Part shown: piece by piece, positions 18,417 through 28,888 of the stretch
Layout: each line of letters begins with the position of its first letter
Numbering within the stretch: the stretch's first letter is position 1
NCBI GenBank assembly: GCA_965224245.1
Contig: OZ245046.1
Span: 1,568,001 to 1,632,000, forward strand
DNA: 64,000 nucleotides
Reading direction: 5' to 3'
Source of the DNA: Candidatus Eiseniibacteriota bacterium
GTDB taxonomy: Bacteria > Eisenbacteria > RBG-16-71-46 > CAZAMP01
The notes under the pieces: model-generated
Seen by the model: only the letters and a program-made list of their open reading frames with translations
Told to the model about the DNA's origin: nothing
Database searches by the model: none
Made by a program: the position numbers and the translations under genes

Positions 18417-19012
18417 CGGGGCGTCACGTGGACGATCGCACCCCCCGCGAGACGCGAATCGCGGAGCTGACCGCCGAGCTGCTCGAGTGCCTCGGCGAGG
18501 ATCCCGCCCGGGAGGGGCTCCGGGCCACCCCGACGCGGGTTGCCCGTGCATGGCGCGATCTCACAAAAGGTTACGATCAGAACCTCGAGGATGTCGTGAA
18601 CGGAGCCCTGTTCGAGGCCGTGGGCTCGGAGATGGTCATCGTGCGCGACATCGAGGTCATGAGCCTCTGCGAGCACCACCTCCTGCCGTTCTACGGCCGG
18701 GCGCACATCGCGTACCTTCCGAAGGAGCGCGTCATCGGGCTGTCCAAGACCGCCCGCGTCCTCGACATGTACGCGCGGCGGCTTCAGGTGCAGGAGCGAC
18801 TGACGACCCAGACGGCCGACGCGCTGGACCGCGTGCTCGAACCGCACGGGGTCGCGGTCGTGATCGAGGCTCGCCACATGTGCATGATGATGCGGGGCGT
18901 CGAGAAGGCCCACTCGCTGACGACCACGTCGTCGCTCGTCGGGAAGTTCAAGGACGACCCGGCCACGCGTGCCGAGTTCCTGTCGCTGATCTCGAATCGC
19001 GTGTCGTCCTGA
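18413..19012 (+). CDS. folE: GTP cyclohydrolase I
   Basis: [43 protein letters not shown]. Confidence 0.97.
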   Translation: MTGRHVDDRTPRETRIAELTAELLECLGEDPAREGLRATPTRVARAWRDLTKGYDQNLEDVVNGALFEAVGSEMVIVRDIEVMSLCEHHLLPFYGRAHIAYLPKERVIGLSKTARVLDMYARRLQVQERLTTQTADALDRVLEPHGVAVVIEARHMCMMMRGVEKAHSLTTTSSLVGKFKDDPATRAEFLSLISNRVSS

Positions 19013-19040
19013 GCGGTCGGCACGAGAGGAGTTTGCGGAC

Positions 19041-19757
19041 GTGAGCGCAACCCTGACCGCGGCGACCGCCGTGGTGACCGGCGCCAGCTCGGGCATCGGC
19101 CGCGCGTTCTGCTTGGCGCTGGCCCGGGCCGGGGTCCGCCTGATCCTGGTCGGCCGCGACGTGGCTCGTCTGGACGCGGTCCGGGACGAGACGTCGCGGA
19201 TCGACACGTCGTCGGGGGCCACGATCCTCGCCTGCGACCTGACCGACAAGGTGGCGGTCGAACGCCTGACCGCGTCGCTCGGTCCGGTGGACGTGCTCGT
19301 GAACGCCGCCGGGACGATGGCGGCCGCCGGCGTGCACGAGCTCGATCTCACCCGCTTCGACGCCGTCCTCGACACGAACCTGCGCGGCGCCTTCCTGATG
19401 TCCAGAGCCGTACTTCCCGGCATGCGCGAGCGGCGCCGCGGCATCATCGTGAACGTGCTCAGCATCGCGGTTCGGCGGAGCTTTCCGGGCATGGGAGCGT
19501 ACGCGGCGTCGAAGGCGGGGCTGGCCGCGCTCAGCGGCGTCATCCGAGAGGAGAACCGCGGGTACGGCATCCGCGTTCTCGACGTCGTTCCCGGCGCCAC
19601 CCGAACCCCGATGTGGGACGACTTCTGGCCCGACGCGCCGCGCGAGCGCATGATGGCCGCCGAGGAGGTCGCCGACGCGGCGGTGGCCATGCTCTCGTTC
19701 GACGGAGACGCGATGGTCGAGGAGCTGGTCGTCCGGCCTCAGGAAGGTGATCTGTAG
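19041..19757 (+). CDS. SDR oxidoreductase (candidate sepiapterin reductase)
   Basis: TGASSGIG, VNAAG, YAASK, PGAT.TPMW. Confidence 0.85.
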   Translation: MSATLTAATAVVTGASSGIGRAFCLALARAGVRLILVGRDVARLDAVRDETSRIDTSSGATILACDLTDKVAVERLTASLGPVDVLVNAAGTMAAAGVHELDLTRFDAVLDTNLRGAFLMSRAVLPGMRERRRGIIVNVLSIAVRRSFPGMGAYAASKAGLAALSGVIREENRGYGIRVLDVVPGATRTPMWDDFWPDAPRERMMAAEEVADAAVAMLSFDGDAMVEELVVRPQEGDL

Positions 19758-19759
19758 CC

Positions 19760-20869
19760 GTGAGCCGCGGGACCGGCCGGCTGCGCGTGACCACCGTCGT
19801 CGGCGCGCGTCCGCAGTTCGTGAAGCTGGCGCCGGTGTCCCGAGCGCTCAGGAAGGTGGCCGACGAGCGGATCGTCCACACCGGCCAGCACTACGACGCC
19901 GACATGAGCCGCCGCTTCTTCGACGAGCTCGAGATCCCCGAGCCCGACGCCCACCTCGGGGTGGGATCGGGCACCCACGCCGAGCAGCTGGGACGGACCA
20001 TGACCGCGCTCGAGGCGGATCTCCGCGCGCGTCCGCCGGACGCGGTGCTCGTGTTCGGCGACACGAACTCCACGCTGGGGGCCGCGATCGCGGTCGCGAA
20101 GGCCGGCATCCCGCTCGCGCACGTCGAGGCGGGAGTGCGTGGCTACGATCCGCGCGAGCCCGAGGAGATCAACCGCGTCCTGACCGATCGGCTGGCCACG
20201 TGGCTCTTCGTCCCGACCCGGTCCGCGGTCGAGAACCTCGCCCGCGAAGGGATCGAGGCCGGTGTCCACGACGTGGGCGACGTCATGGTGGACGTGCTCC
20301 TCGAGACCCGATCCCGGGTCGCCGGCCGGGCCGACCGGGCGCTCGCCCCGCATGGGCTGGAGGGTGCAGCGTTCATCCTGGCCACGTTCCACCGCCCGTT
20401 CAACGTCGACGATCCCGGATCGTTGGAGGCGATCGGGGAGGCGCTGGGCCGGCTCGACCATCCGGTCGTGTGGCCGGTTCATCCACGGGCGCGGGCACGG
20501 CTCGAGGCGTTCGCGCTCTGGGACGCGCTCGCCGCTCACCCGCGCGTCCATCTCGTCGATCCCGCCGGGTACCCGGACATGGTGGCGCTGACGGACCGCG
20601 CGTCGCTGGTCGTGACCGACTCCGGTGGGCTCCAGAAGGAGGCGTTCGTCCTCGGCGTGCCCTGCGTGACCGTCTCGGCCCAGACCGCGTGGGTGGAGAC
20701 GGTGGACACCGGGTGGAACAGGCTGGTTGCCGCCGAGACGACGGCGATCGTGACGGCCGCGCACGACCACCAGGGTGGGAGCTCCCACCCCGACTGCTAC
20801 GGCACCGGCGACGCCGCACCCGAGATCGCCCGCATCCTCGCCGAGAGCGCCGGACGCCGCCCGTCATGA
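19760..20869 (+). CDS. wecB: UDP-GlcNAc 2-epimerase (non-hydrolysing)
   Basis: GARPQFVK, HTGQHYD, GDTNST, HVEAG, PEEINR, TDSGGLQKEA. Confidence 0.93.
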   Translation: MSRGTGRLRVTTVVGARPQFVKLAPVSRALRKVADERIVHTGQHYDADMSRRFFDELEIPEPDAHLGVGSGTHAEQLGRTMTALEADLRARPPDAVLVFGDTNSTLGAAIAVAKAGIPLAHVEAGVRGYDPREPEEINRVLTDRLATWLFVPTRSAVENLAREGIEAGVHDVGDVMVDVLLETRSRVAGRADRALAPHGLEGAAFILATFHRPFNVDDPGSLEAIGEALGRLDHPVVWPVHPRARARLEAFALWDALAAHPRVHLVDPAGYPDMVALTDRASLVVTDSGGLQKEAFVLGVPCVTVSAQTAWVETVDTGWNRLVAAETTAIVTAAHDHQGGSSHPDCYGTGDAAPEIARILAESAGRRPS

Positions 20870-21987
20870 CGACGCCACTTCGGATCGACCGCGTGCGACT
20901 GCACCACCTCGAGATTCCACTGCGGGCGCCGTTTCGTACCAGCGCCGGCGAGTGGACGCACAAGCGTGCGGTCATCGTCGAGCTCTCGGCCGGCGGACTG
21001 ACCGGATACGGGGAGCTGGTCGCGCCGGAAGCGCCGTTCTACACATACGAGACCCAGGAGATCTCGGCCGACGTGATCCGGCGCTACCTCGCCCCGGCGC
21101 TGATGGACACGAAGATCGGCGAGCCGGCCGACGTCTCGCGGGCGTGTTCCCGCGTCTCCGGGTACCCGATGGCCAAGGCCGCGCTGGAGACCGCCGTCTG
21201 GGATCTCGTGGGCAGACGCGACGGGCGATCGCTGGCCGAAATGATCGGGGGCACGCGCGATCGGGTGGCGGGCGGGGTCGCGCTGGGCATCGAGCCCGAC
21301 CTCGACGCCAGCCTCCGGCGCCTGGCCCCGTTCGTCGAGGCGGGGTACCGGCGGGTGAAGCTGAAGGTGAAGCCCGGCTGGGACGAGACGCTCGTGACCG
21401 CTGTGGCGGAGGCGTTTCCCGATCTCGTGATCACCGTGGACGGCAACGGCGCGTACCGGCGCGAGCACGCCGATCGCCTGGTGGCCCTGTCCGAGGGTGC
21501 GGCATCGATGATCGAGCAGCCGTACCCGGCGGACGATCTCGTCGGCCACGCCGAGCTGGCCGCGAGAGCGAGCGGGCTCGTGGCGCTGGACGAGTCCCTG
21601 ACCAGCGCGGCGGTGGGCGAGAGCGCCGCCCGTCTGAGCGAGCGACTCATGTTCAACGTGAAGGTGGGTCGCGTGGGCGGGCTCGACGAGGCCCTCCGCA
21701 TCTACCGGCGCGCGCACGCCGACGGACGGCCCCTCTGGGTGGGAGGCATGTTCGAGACGTGCATCGGCCGCCTGGTCAACCTCGCGCTCGGCAGCCTGGC
21801 CGGATTCACCCGGGGTGGGGACGTCTCGGGGAGCGATCGGTACCATGACGCGGATCTCGTGGATCCGCCCATTCGCCTCGAGCCCGACGGTCGGCTGAGG
21901 GTTCCCCGGGGGCCCGGTATCGGTGCTACAGTACGGGCCGACGAGATTCGACGGTTCACGATCCGCGACGAGGTTCTCGAGCCGTGA
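20866..21987 (+). CDS. menC: Enolase-superfamily OSBS / N-succinylamino acid racemase
   Basis: ATGA overlap; KLK, VDGN, IEQP, LDES, WVGGMFE, GDVSGS.RY. Confidence 0.8.
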   Translation: MTTPLRIDRVRLHHLEIPLRAPFRTSAGEWTHKRAVIVELSAGGLTGYGELVAPEAPFYTYETQEISADVIRRYLAPALMDTKIGEPADVSRACSRVSGYPMAKAALETAVWDLVGRRDGRSLAEMIGGTRDRVAGGVALGIEPDLDASLRRLAPFVEAGYRRVKLKVKPGWDETLVTAVAEAFPDLVITVDGNGAYRREHADRLVALSEGAASMIEQPYPADDLVGHAELAARASGLVALDESLTSAAVGESAARLSERLMFNVKVGRVGGLDEALRIYRRAHADGRPLWVGGMFETCIGRLVNLALGSLAGFTRGGDVSGSDRYHDADLVDPPIRLEPDGRLRVPRGPGIGATVRADEIRRFTIRDEVLEP

Positions 21988-22069
21988 GCGGTGGGGACGG
22001 CGCGCCGGCCGGCGGTCGCCACGAGCCGACGCCGCGTTCGGGCGGTGGGGTGGTGAAGGTGACGGGGAC

Positions 22070-23068
22070 ATGATTCGAGTCGAGAGCCTGACGAAACGCT
22101 TCGGCCACGTGGTCGCCGTCGACGATCTCAGCTTCGAGGTCAGTCGCGGCGAGGTGGTCGGCTTCCTCGGACCCAACGGGGCCGGGAAGACGACGACGAT
22201 GCGGATCCTCACCGGGTTCGTTCCCGCGACGTCGGGGAAGGTCTCGGTGGCCGGGTACGACATCCTCGACGAGCCGCTCGCCTGCAAGCGGCACATCGGC
22301 TATCTCCCCGAGAGCGTCCCCGTCTATCCCGACATGGACGTCGCACGATACCTCCACTTCGTCTGCGATCTGAAGGCGATCCCGCGCGCGCGACAGACCG
22401 ACGAGGTCGAGCGGGCGATGGCGCTGACCGACATCACCGATCGTCGCTCGCGCATCATCGGTCACCTGTCGAAGGGCCTCCGAAAGCGCGTGGGAATCGC
22501 CCAGGCGCTCCTCGGCGACGCGGATCTTCTCATCCTCGACGAGCCCACCGAGGGGCTGGATCCGAACCAGGTGCTCAGCATCCGCGAGCTCGTGGCCTCG
22601 CTGTCCCGAGAGCGCACCGTGATCCTGTCCACGCACGTCCTGACCGAGGTCGAGCAGACCTGTAGCCGCGTCCTGATCATCGACCGCGGGCGCCTGATCG
22701 CGTCGGACTCGGTCGAGCATCTCCGCGCCGACGCGCGCGGTGACGGTGTGGGGCTGACGCTCCGGATCGCGGGCGCGCGCTCGGTCCTCGACGAGGCGGT
22801 GGCCCGGGTGCCGGGCTCGACGCTCTTCGAGTGCCGTCGCGACGACGCGGACGACGACACGGTCCTCCGGGCGAGGCTCCGGGTTCCCACCGCCGGGGAC
22901 GCCGCGGAGGTCGCGCGGGCCGTGGTCGCGTCGGGGGCGGGACTGCTCGAGATGACCCGGGAGCGCCAGTCGCTCGAGGACGTGTTCGTGCGTCTGACGT
23001 CGGCCACCGGTGGGCGCCGGCCCGAGATCGCCGAGACGGACCCCGGCGGGGAAGGAGCGGCGCCGTGA
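22070..23068 (+). CDS. ABC transporter ATP-binding protein (GldA-like)
   Basis: GPNGAGKTT, LSKG, LDEPT.GLDP, STH. Confidence 0.92.
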   Translation: MIRVESLTKRFGHVVAVDDLSFEVSRGEVVGFLGPNGAGKTTTMRILTGFVPATSGKVSVAGYDILDEPLACKRHIGYLPESVPVYPDMDVARYLHFVCDLKAIPRARQTDEVERAMALTDITDRRSRIIGHLSKGLRKRVGIAQALLGDADLLILDEPTEGLDPNQVLSIRELVASLSRERTVILSTHVLTEVEQTCSRVLIIDRGRLIASDSVEHLRADARGDGVGLTLRIAGARSVLDEAVARVPGSTLFECRRDDADDDTVLRARLRVPTAGDAAEVARAVVASGAGLLEMTRERQSLEDVFVRLTSATGGRRPEIAETDPGGEGAAP

Positions 23069-23847
23069 CCGCCACCTTCGCCATCTTCAAGCGCGAGCTC
23101 CGGGCGTACTTCGCCTCGCCGATCGCCTACGCGGTGCTCGCGTTCTTCCTGCTCTTGACCGGCATCTACTTCGACAGCCTGGTCGGGCTGACGATCCGGC
23201 GCGAGTTCGAGGCCGTCGCGGCCGCACAGATGGGACGCCAGGCGCCGCCGGTGAACGTGAACCAGCTGGTCGTGCGCGAGTACTTCGGCTTCATCGGCTT
23301 CTTCCTGCCGCTGCTCCTGGCGCCGGCCCTGACGATGCGGCTGTTCTCGGAGGAGAAGAAGCAGGGGACGATCGAGCTTCTCCTGACCACGCCGATCACC
23401 GATCTCCAGATCGTTCTCGGCAAGTACCTGGCCGCGTTCGGCATGTACGCGATCATGTTGCTCGCCACGTTCCTGCACGTGATGTTCCTGTACATCTGGG
23501 GAGAGCCCGACACCGGGCCGATCCTGGCCGGATACCTGGGGCTGTTCCTCCTGGGCGGTGCCTACATGGCGCTGGGGATGTTCATCTCGTCGCTGACCGA
23601 GAACCAGATCGTCGCCGCGGTCACCACGCTGTCGGTGAGTCTGATCCTGTACATGATCAACGGGTCGACGCAGCTCGTGGGGGAGACGGCCGGGGCGGTG
23701 CTCGACTACCTCTCGGCCGCGAAGCACCTGGGCGCGTTCCAGAAGGGCGTCGTCGACTCGCGTGATGCCGTGTACTTCGCGAGCTTCGTGGTGCTCGGCG
23801 TGTTCCTGACGTTGCGCTCGGTCGAGTCCATGCGGTGGAGGGGCTGA
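23065..23847 (+). CDS. ABC-2 permease (GldF-like)
   Basis: RELRAYF.SPIAY, TMRLFSEEKKQGTIELLLT.P, SSLTENQIVAA. Confidence 0.9.
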   Translation: MTATFAIFKRELRAYFASPIAYAVLAFFLLLTGIYFDSLVGLTIRREFEAVAAAQMGRQAPPVNVNQLVVREYFGFIGFFLPLLLAPALTMRLFSEEKKQGTIELLLTTPITDLQIVLGKYLAAFGMYAIMLLATFLHVMFLYIWGEPDTGPILAGYLGLFLLGGAYMALGMFISSLTENQIVAAVTTLSVSLILYMINGSTQLVGETAGAVLDYLSAAKHLGAFQKGVVDSRDAVYFASFVVLGVFLTLRSVESMRWRG

Positions 23848-23849
23848 CG

Positions 23850-25463
23850 ATGGGAGGCGGCCAGATCCGGATCGTGTCGGCGCTGGGGGCGCTTCTGTTC
23901 GTGGTCGGGCTCCTGGTGACGTCGGTCCAGGGGACCGGCTTCACGACGGTCACCAAGATCGTCACCCTGTCGGGGCTCGGTCTGCTCCTCGTGTCGGGGA
24001 TCCTGGCCATCAGCTCGATCGTGGCCATGCTGCGCACGCGACAGGGACGCTACGGCGTGAACGTGCTGACGGGGACCCTGGCGCTGCTCGGCATCCTCGT
24101 CATCGTGAACTTCCTCGGGACCCGCTACTTCAAGCGTGCCGACGTGACCTCGAGCGCCCAGTTCAGCCTCGCGTCGCAGACCGAGCGCATCCTGGCCCGG
24201 GTCGATCGAGACGTGACGCTCTACAACCTCGTGCCGTCCGAGCAATCGGGGGTGATGGTCTACGTCGAGGACCTCGTGACCGAGTACGACGTCGCCTCGA
24301 CCAGAGTCCGCGTCAAGCGGGTCGACCCGTCGCGCGATCCGGGCGCGGTGGAGCGCCTGGGCGTTCGTCGCAACCAGTGGCTGGTCGTGGAGTGCGGCGA
24401 GCGGATGGAGCGTCTCGCCTACGACGACATCACCGAGGAGTCCATCACCAACGCGATCCTGCGCGCGCTGGACCCCGATCGCAAGACGCTCTACGTGCTC
24501 ACCGGCCACGGCGAGCGATCGATCACCGACGAGGAGAGCGCCGGGTACGCGCAGGCGGCGGCGCAGCTCACCGAGCAGAACTTCGCGCTCGCGACGTTGC
24601 GTCTGACCGAGGTGGCCGGCATTCCGGAGGACGCGACCGTGCTCCTGATGCTCTCGCCCCAGACGCCGTACTTCCCCGAAGAGGTCGCGATGCTCGCGGA
24701 CTATCTGGATCGGGGCCGAAACCTCCTCGTGTGCGTGGATCCGGTCGCCTCGGACGGTCGCGCGGTGGATCTGGGTCTCGACGAGCTCCTGGCCACGTAC
24801 GGGGTCCGGCTGGGGACGGGCGCGGTGTACGACGACACGCCGTTCGCCCGGCAGCGGGGCGTCGGCTACTACAAGCCCGTCGCGGTCTCGCCCAACACCG
24901 ACTCCCCGATCACCGAGGGATTCTCGACGCTGTTCACCGTGTTTCCGACGGTTCGTCCCGTCTGGCGAGAAGGCGGCCTCGGGGACGCGGTCGTCCTCGC
25001 CCACACGGCCAAGGGCACGTGGGAAGAGCGCGACTACCTCGTGGCCGAGGGCCCGCCCGTGTTCGACGAGGCGCGCGACCGCCACGGCCCCGTCCCGGTG
25101 GCGTACGCGATCGAGGCGGCCGCCCGCACGCGCGCGCCGCTGGATCCCCTCTCGGATCCCGATGCGAAGCTCGTCGTCCCCGATACGCGCCTGGTCGTGA
25201 TCGGCGACAGCGACTTCGCCGCCAACGCGAACATCGCGATCACCCAGGTCGCCAACCGCGACCTCTTCCTGAACACGATCGCCTGGCTCGCCGAGGAGGA
25301 CGACATCATCGCCGTGCGCCCACGCAGCGTCAAGGAACGGCGGCTGCGGCTGACCGCGGTCACGCGAAACGTCATCCGGATGACCTCGCTGGTGGGGCTG
25401 CCGGTGGGGGTCGTCATCGCGGGCGTGCTCGTCTGGATCGGCCGGCGGAAGCGAGACGTCTGA
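23850..25463 (+). CDS. GldG-like ABC auxiliary component
   Basis: D.T...FSL..QT, LTGHGE, LVVIGDSDF, N.DLFLN.I.WL, C-terminal TM. Confidence 0.85.
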   Translation: MGGGQIRIVSALGALLFVVGLLVTSVQGTGFTTVTKIVTLSGLGLLLVSGILAISSIVAMLRTRQGRYGVNVLTGTLALLGILVIVNFLGTRYFKRADVTSSAQFSLASQTERILARVDRDVTLYNLVPSEQSGVMVYVEDLVTEYDVASTRVRVKRVDPSRDPGAVERLGVRRNQWLVVECGERMERLAYDDITEESITNAILRALDPDRKTLYVLTGHGERSITDEESAGYAQAAAQLTEQNFALATLRLTEVAGIPEDATVLLMLSPQTPYFPEEVAMLADYLDRGRNLLVCVDPVASDGRAVDLGLDELLATYGVRLGTGAVYDDTPFARQRGVGYYKPVAVSPNTDSPITEGFSTLFTVFPTVRPVWREGGLGDAVVLAHTAKGTWEERDYLVAEGPPVFDEARDRHGPVPVAYAIEAAARTRAPLDPLSDPDAKLVVPDTRLVVIGDSDFAANANIAITQVANRDLFLNTIAWLAEEDDIIAVRPRSVKERRLRLTAVTRNVIRMTSLVGLPVGVVIAGVLVWIGRRKRDV

Positions 25464-26830
25464 TGCGGGGACGAAGCGCGCTCCTGTTGTGTGTCGTGCT
25501 GGCGGCGCTGGTGGTGTATGTGCTGCGATTCGAGCGCGGCAAGCCCTCCGACGCCGAGGAGGCGGCCCGCTCGCTCGAGCTCTTCCGACTCACGCCCGCG
25601 TTCATCACCCAGATCGCCATCGCGGCCGGCCCCGACTCGGTCCTGTTGCGACGAACCGACGAGGGGCAGTGGATGATGCTCCGGCCGGTCTCCGATCGGG
25701 CGGACAACGACCGGGTCCGGAGCTTCCTCGAGCTCTTCGCTCCTCTCAGCGCGACCGAGCGGGTGGCCGGCGGTCGGGGGCAGGCGATCAAGTACCGCCT
25801 GGACCGTCCCATCGCGGTCGTGTCGTTCACCGAGCCGAGGGGTCACGCTTTCGAGACGAGAACGCTCCGGGTCGGCCGCGAGAACCCCGCGCTCGACGGG
25901 TACTACTGCGAGGCCGCCGGTGACTCGTCCCGGATCGGGCTGGTCGACGCCCGTCTGGTCGAGACCTACCTGCTGCGCGGCATGGACGAGTTCCGCCAGC
26001 GTCACCTCCTGACCTTCCGGGCCGAGGACGTCGTGGAGCTGAGCGTTCAGCACGGCGGCGAGCCCATCGTGATCCGCCGGGACGCCCGGCGCGAGTGGGT
26101 CGTGGTCTCGCCCGAGTGGGCGTGGCCGCGCCAGGGCGTGGTCAACGTCCTCCTGACGCGGTTTCGCGAGCTTCGCAAGGACGCGTTCGTCGACGACCGG
26201 CCGGCGGCGCTGTCCGACTACGGGCTGGACCCGCCGGCGCTGCGCCTGACCGCCGTGCTCGAGGATCAGACCCGGCGCAACGTCCGGGTGGGCCGGCCCA
26301 CTCCCGACGGCGGCTACTTCGCCAACCGGGATCGAGATCCGCGCGTGTTCCAGGTCTCCGACGCCAGCGTCGACGCGCTCGACGTCACGCTCGCCGAGCT
26401 CCGGGCGCCGACCCTGATCGACGCCGCCGCCGATCACGTGACCGGGCTTCGCATCGAGGCGGCGGGCGAGGCCCTCGAGGCCGTCCGCGGACCGGACGGG
26501 GGCTGGACGACGGTGGACGGCGCGGCGCTCGAACGCGCGCCGATGGACGAGGTCCTGGTTGCCTGTCGCGCGCTGCCGATCGAGCGCTACGACGACTCGG
26601 CGGACGCCGCGACGGGCTGGGATCGCCCGGACGCCCGGCTGAACATCCGGCTCGTGGACGGCGACACCCACCAGCTCGTATTCCGGGCCGGACCGCCCGC
26701 CCGGGCGAGGGTCGTCCCGGTCGCGAACGTGGGACAGGCGAGAGCGCCGATGAGCGCCGTGGCCGTGGTGAACGGCGACGTCGTCGAGCGACTGGTCTCG
26801 GTCGCGTCGAGCCCGCCGGAGGCCCCGTGA
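25463..26830 (+). CDS. DUF4340 domain protein
   Basis: N-terminal TM; repeated 'Y.LD.P' / 'YGLDPP' / 'GWDRP' units; follows the GldG-like gene. Confidence 0.75.
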   Translation: MRGRSALLLCVVLAALVVYVLRFERGKPSDAEEAARSLELFRLTPAFITQIAIAAGPDSVLLRRTDEGQWMMLRPVSDRADNDRVRSFLELFAPLSATERVAGGRGQAIKYRLDRPIAVVSFTEPRGHAFETRTLRVGRENPALDGYYCEAAGDSSRIGLVDARLVETYLLRGMDEFRQRHLLTFRAEDVVELSVQHGGEPIVIRRDARREWVVVSPEWAWPRQGVVNVLLTRFRELRKDAFVDDRPAALSDYGLDPPALRLTAVLEDQTRRNVRVGRPTPDGGYFANRDRDPRVFQVSDASVDALDVTLAELRAPTLIDAAADHVTGLRIEAAGEALEAVRGPDGGWTTVDGAALERAPMDEVLVACRALPIERYDDSADAATGWDRPDARLNIRLVDGDTHQLVFRAGPPARARVVPVANVGQARAPMSAVAVVNGDVVERLVSVASSPPEAP

Positions 26831-27189
26831 GCGAGATCCGGGTGATTCTGGTGACCGCTCCCACGAGCGACGACGCGGCGGGACGGCTCGCCCGCGAGAT
26901 CGTCTCTCGACGGCTGGCCGCGTGCGTCAACGTGATTCCCGGAGTACGATCCATCTATCGCTGGCAGGGGGCGGTGTGCGACGACGCCGAGGATCTGCTC
27001 GTCATCAAGACCCGGGCCGAGAACGTCGCCGCCGTCAGCGCACTCATGGACGAGCACCATCCGTACGAGGTCCCGGAGGTGATCGCGTTGCCGGTCGCCG
27101 AAGGGGCGCGAACGTATCTCGACTGGGTGCTGGCGGAGACCGCCGGCGGGGACGACGGCGGAGAAGACGACGGCGTCGAGGACGGATAG
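26827..27189 (+). CDS. cutA: Divalent-cation tolerance protein CutA
   Basis: LAACVNVIPG..SIYRWQG, IKT, HPYEVPE, YLDW. Confidence 0.93.
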   Translation: MSEIRVILVTAPTSDDAAGRLAREIVSRRLAACVNVIPGVRSIYRWQGAVCDDAEDLLVIKTRAENVAAVSALMDEHHPYEVPEVIALPVAEGARTYLDWVLAETAGGDDGGEDDGVEDG

Positions 27190-27261
27190 GGCAACGGGCC
27201 GCGCACGCGCGCGCATCCAGCCGGCGCCGGACGGCGACCGGAACGCGACGGAGGCATCGCC

Positions 27262-28044
27262 ATGGCCGTGATCACGCTGACCACCGACTTCGGAACGCGT
27301 GACTACTACGTCGGTACGATGAAGGGCGTCATCTACTCGATCACCTCCGAGGCTCGCGTCGTGGACCTCACGCACGAGGTCGACAAGCACGACATCGCCG
27401 AGGCCGCCATCGTCGTCAAGAGCAGCCACAAGTTCTTCCCGGACGGCACCGTGCACGTGGCGGTGGTGGATCCGGGAGTGGGCGGACAGCGCCGACCGAT
27501 CCTGGCCCGGGCCCGGGGCCAGTACTTCATCGGCCCCGACAACGGCATCTTCTCGTACGTGCTCGGGAGCGACTACGAGGCGTGGCTGCTGGAGAACCCG
27601 GCGTACCGACTCGAGGTGGTCAGCGACACGTTCCACGGACGCGACATCTTCGCGCCGGCGGCGGCCCACCTGAGTCTCGGGGTGTCGCCCGATGCGTTCG
27701 GACCCCGGATCGACACGCTCATCGCGCACACGACGCGCCCGCCGTCGGTCTTCACCGACCACATCCACGGCGAGGTCATCCACGTCGACTCGTTCGGCAA
27801 CCTGATCACGAACGTCCCCCGGGAGATCGTCTCGAGCACCGCCGGAGACTACCCGTGCGAGGTGCACCTGAGCGGGCGCGTGATACGCGGCGTGTCCCGC
27901 TCGTACTCCTCGGTCGACCGGGGCACGCTCCTGGCGCTGATCGGAAGCACGGGGTTGCTGGAGATCGCGCTGCGGGACGGCAGCGCGCAGCGAAAGCTGG
28001 GCGTCGGTCGAGGCGATCCGGTCCTCGTGCGTTTCGGGGACTGA
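27262..28044 (+). CDS. SAM hydroxide adenosyltransferase (DUF62)
   Basis: TLTTDFG, VVDPGVG..RR, GPDNG, TFHGRDIF, DSFGNLITN. Confidence 0.9.
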   Translation: MAVITLTTDFGTRDYYVGTMKGVIYSITSEARVVDLTHEVDKHDIAEAAIVVKSSHKFFPDGTVHVAVVDPGVGGQRRPILARARGQYFIGPDNGIFSYVLGSDYEAWLLENPAYRLEVVSDTFHGRDIFAPAAAHLSLGVSPDAFGPRIDTLIAHTTRPPSVFTDHIHGEVIHVDSFGNLITNVPREIVSSTAGDYPCEVHLSGRVIRGVSRSYSSVDRGTLLALIGSTGLLEIALRDGSAQRKLGVGRGDPVLVRFGD

Positions 28045-28046
28045 CC

Positions 28047-28799
28047 ATGGAACTGACCATCCTCGGATCGGGTTCGGCCCATGCGAGAGCCGATCGCGGC
28101 CAGGCCGGGTACGTCATCCGTGAGGGGGACACCCAGCTCGTGGTCGACCTGGGCTCGGGAACGCTCGGACGTCTCTGTCGCGCCGGCCTGCGAGCCGCCG
28201 ACACCGACGCCATCTGCCTCACGCATGCGCATCCCGACCACGTCTCGGATCTGGTCGCGTTTCTGTTCGAGATGAAGCACACGTCGGATCGGCGGCGGGA
28301 GACGCTCGTCATCCATGCGCCGCCGACGTTCCGCTTCGTCTTCGATGCGCTGATGCAGGGGTTCGGGCAGTACTGCATCGGCGAACGATACGACGTGGAC
28401 GTGAACGAGATCGAGACCGACTCGTTCACGGTGGGAGCGCTCGCGTTGCGGGCGTTTCCGGTCCAGCACCCGGTGCCCGCGATCGGGCTCTCGGTGACGG
28501 GTCCGGACGGACGGACGCTGGCATTGACCGGGGACACGGGTCCTTTCCCCGAGCTCGCGGACGAGATCCGCGGGGCCGACGTCCTCGTCGCGGACTGCAC
28601 GCTCGGTGGGGACCGAGATGAGCTCGGACACCTGAACGCGTACCAGGCCGGTCGCCTGGCCGCCGGCGCGGAGGTCCGGACGCTCGTCCTCTCGCATCTC
28701 TCGCCCGAGGCCGATGCGTCGGATGTGACCTCCGCCGCCCGGAGCGTGTTCGGGGGACAGGTGGCCAAGGCCGCCGATCTCATGTCGCTGACGATCTGA
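28047..28799 (+). CDS. MBL-fold hydrolase (RNase Z-like)
   Basis: ILGSG, VDLGSG, THAHPDH, TGDT, GHL, LSHL. Confidence 0.85.
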   Translation: MELTILGSGSAHARADRGQAGYVIREGDTQLVVDLGSGTLGRLCRAGLRAADTDAICLTHAHPDHVSDLVAFLFEMKHTSDRRRETLVIHAPPTFRFVFDALMQGFGQYCIGERYDVDVNEIETDSFTVGALALRAFPVQHPVPAIGLSVTGPDGRTLALTGDTGPFPELADEIRGADVLVADCTLGGDRDELGHLNAYQAGRLAAGAEVRTLVLSHLSPEADASDVTSAARSVFGGQVAKAADLMSLTI

Positions 28800-28888
28800 G
28801 TCGGTGGTTGGCCCACATCAGGAGGCGGGTCTATGCTTCCGGTCCGGTCGCGGGCCGCGATCGGATCGACGAGACCTCAGGAGCCAAC

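Noticed and set aside
22070-26830. Gliding motility system
   Set aside because: GldA/F/G-like ABC sets with DUF4340 are widespread; no other gld/spr genes here
27262-28044. Fluorinase/chlorinase
   Set aside because: Has the Asp/Arg/His features (VDPGVG..R, TFHGRD) of the common DUF62 SAM hydrolase and no halometabolite context
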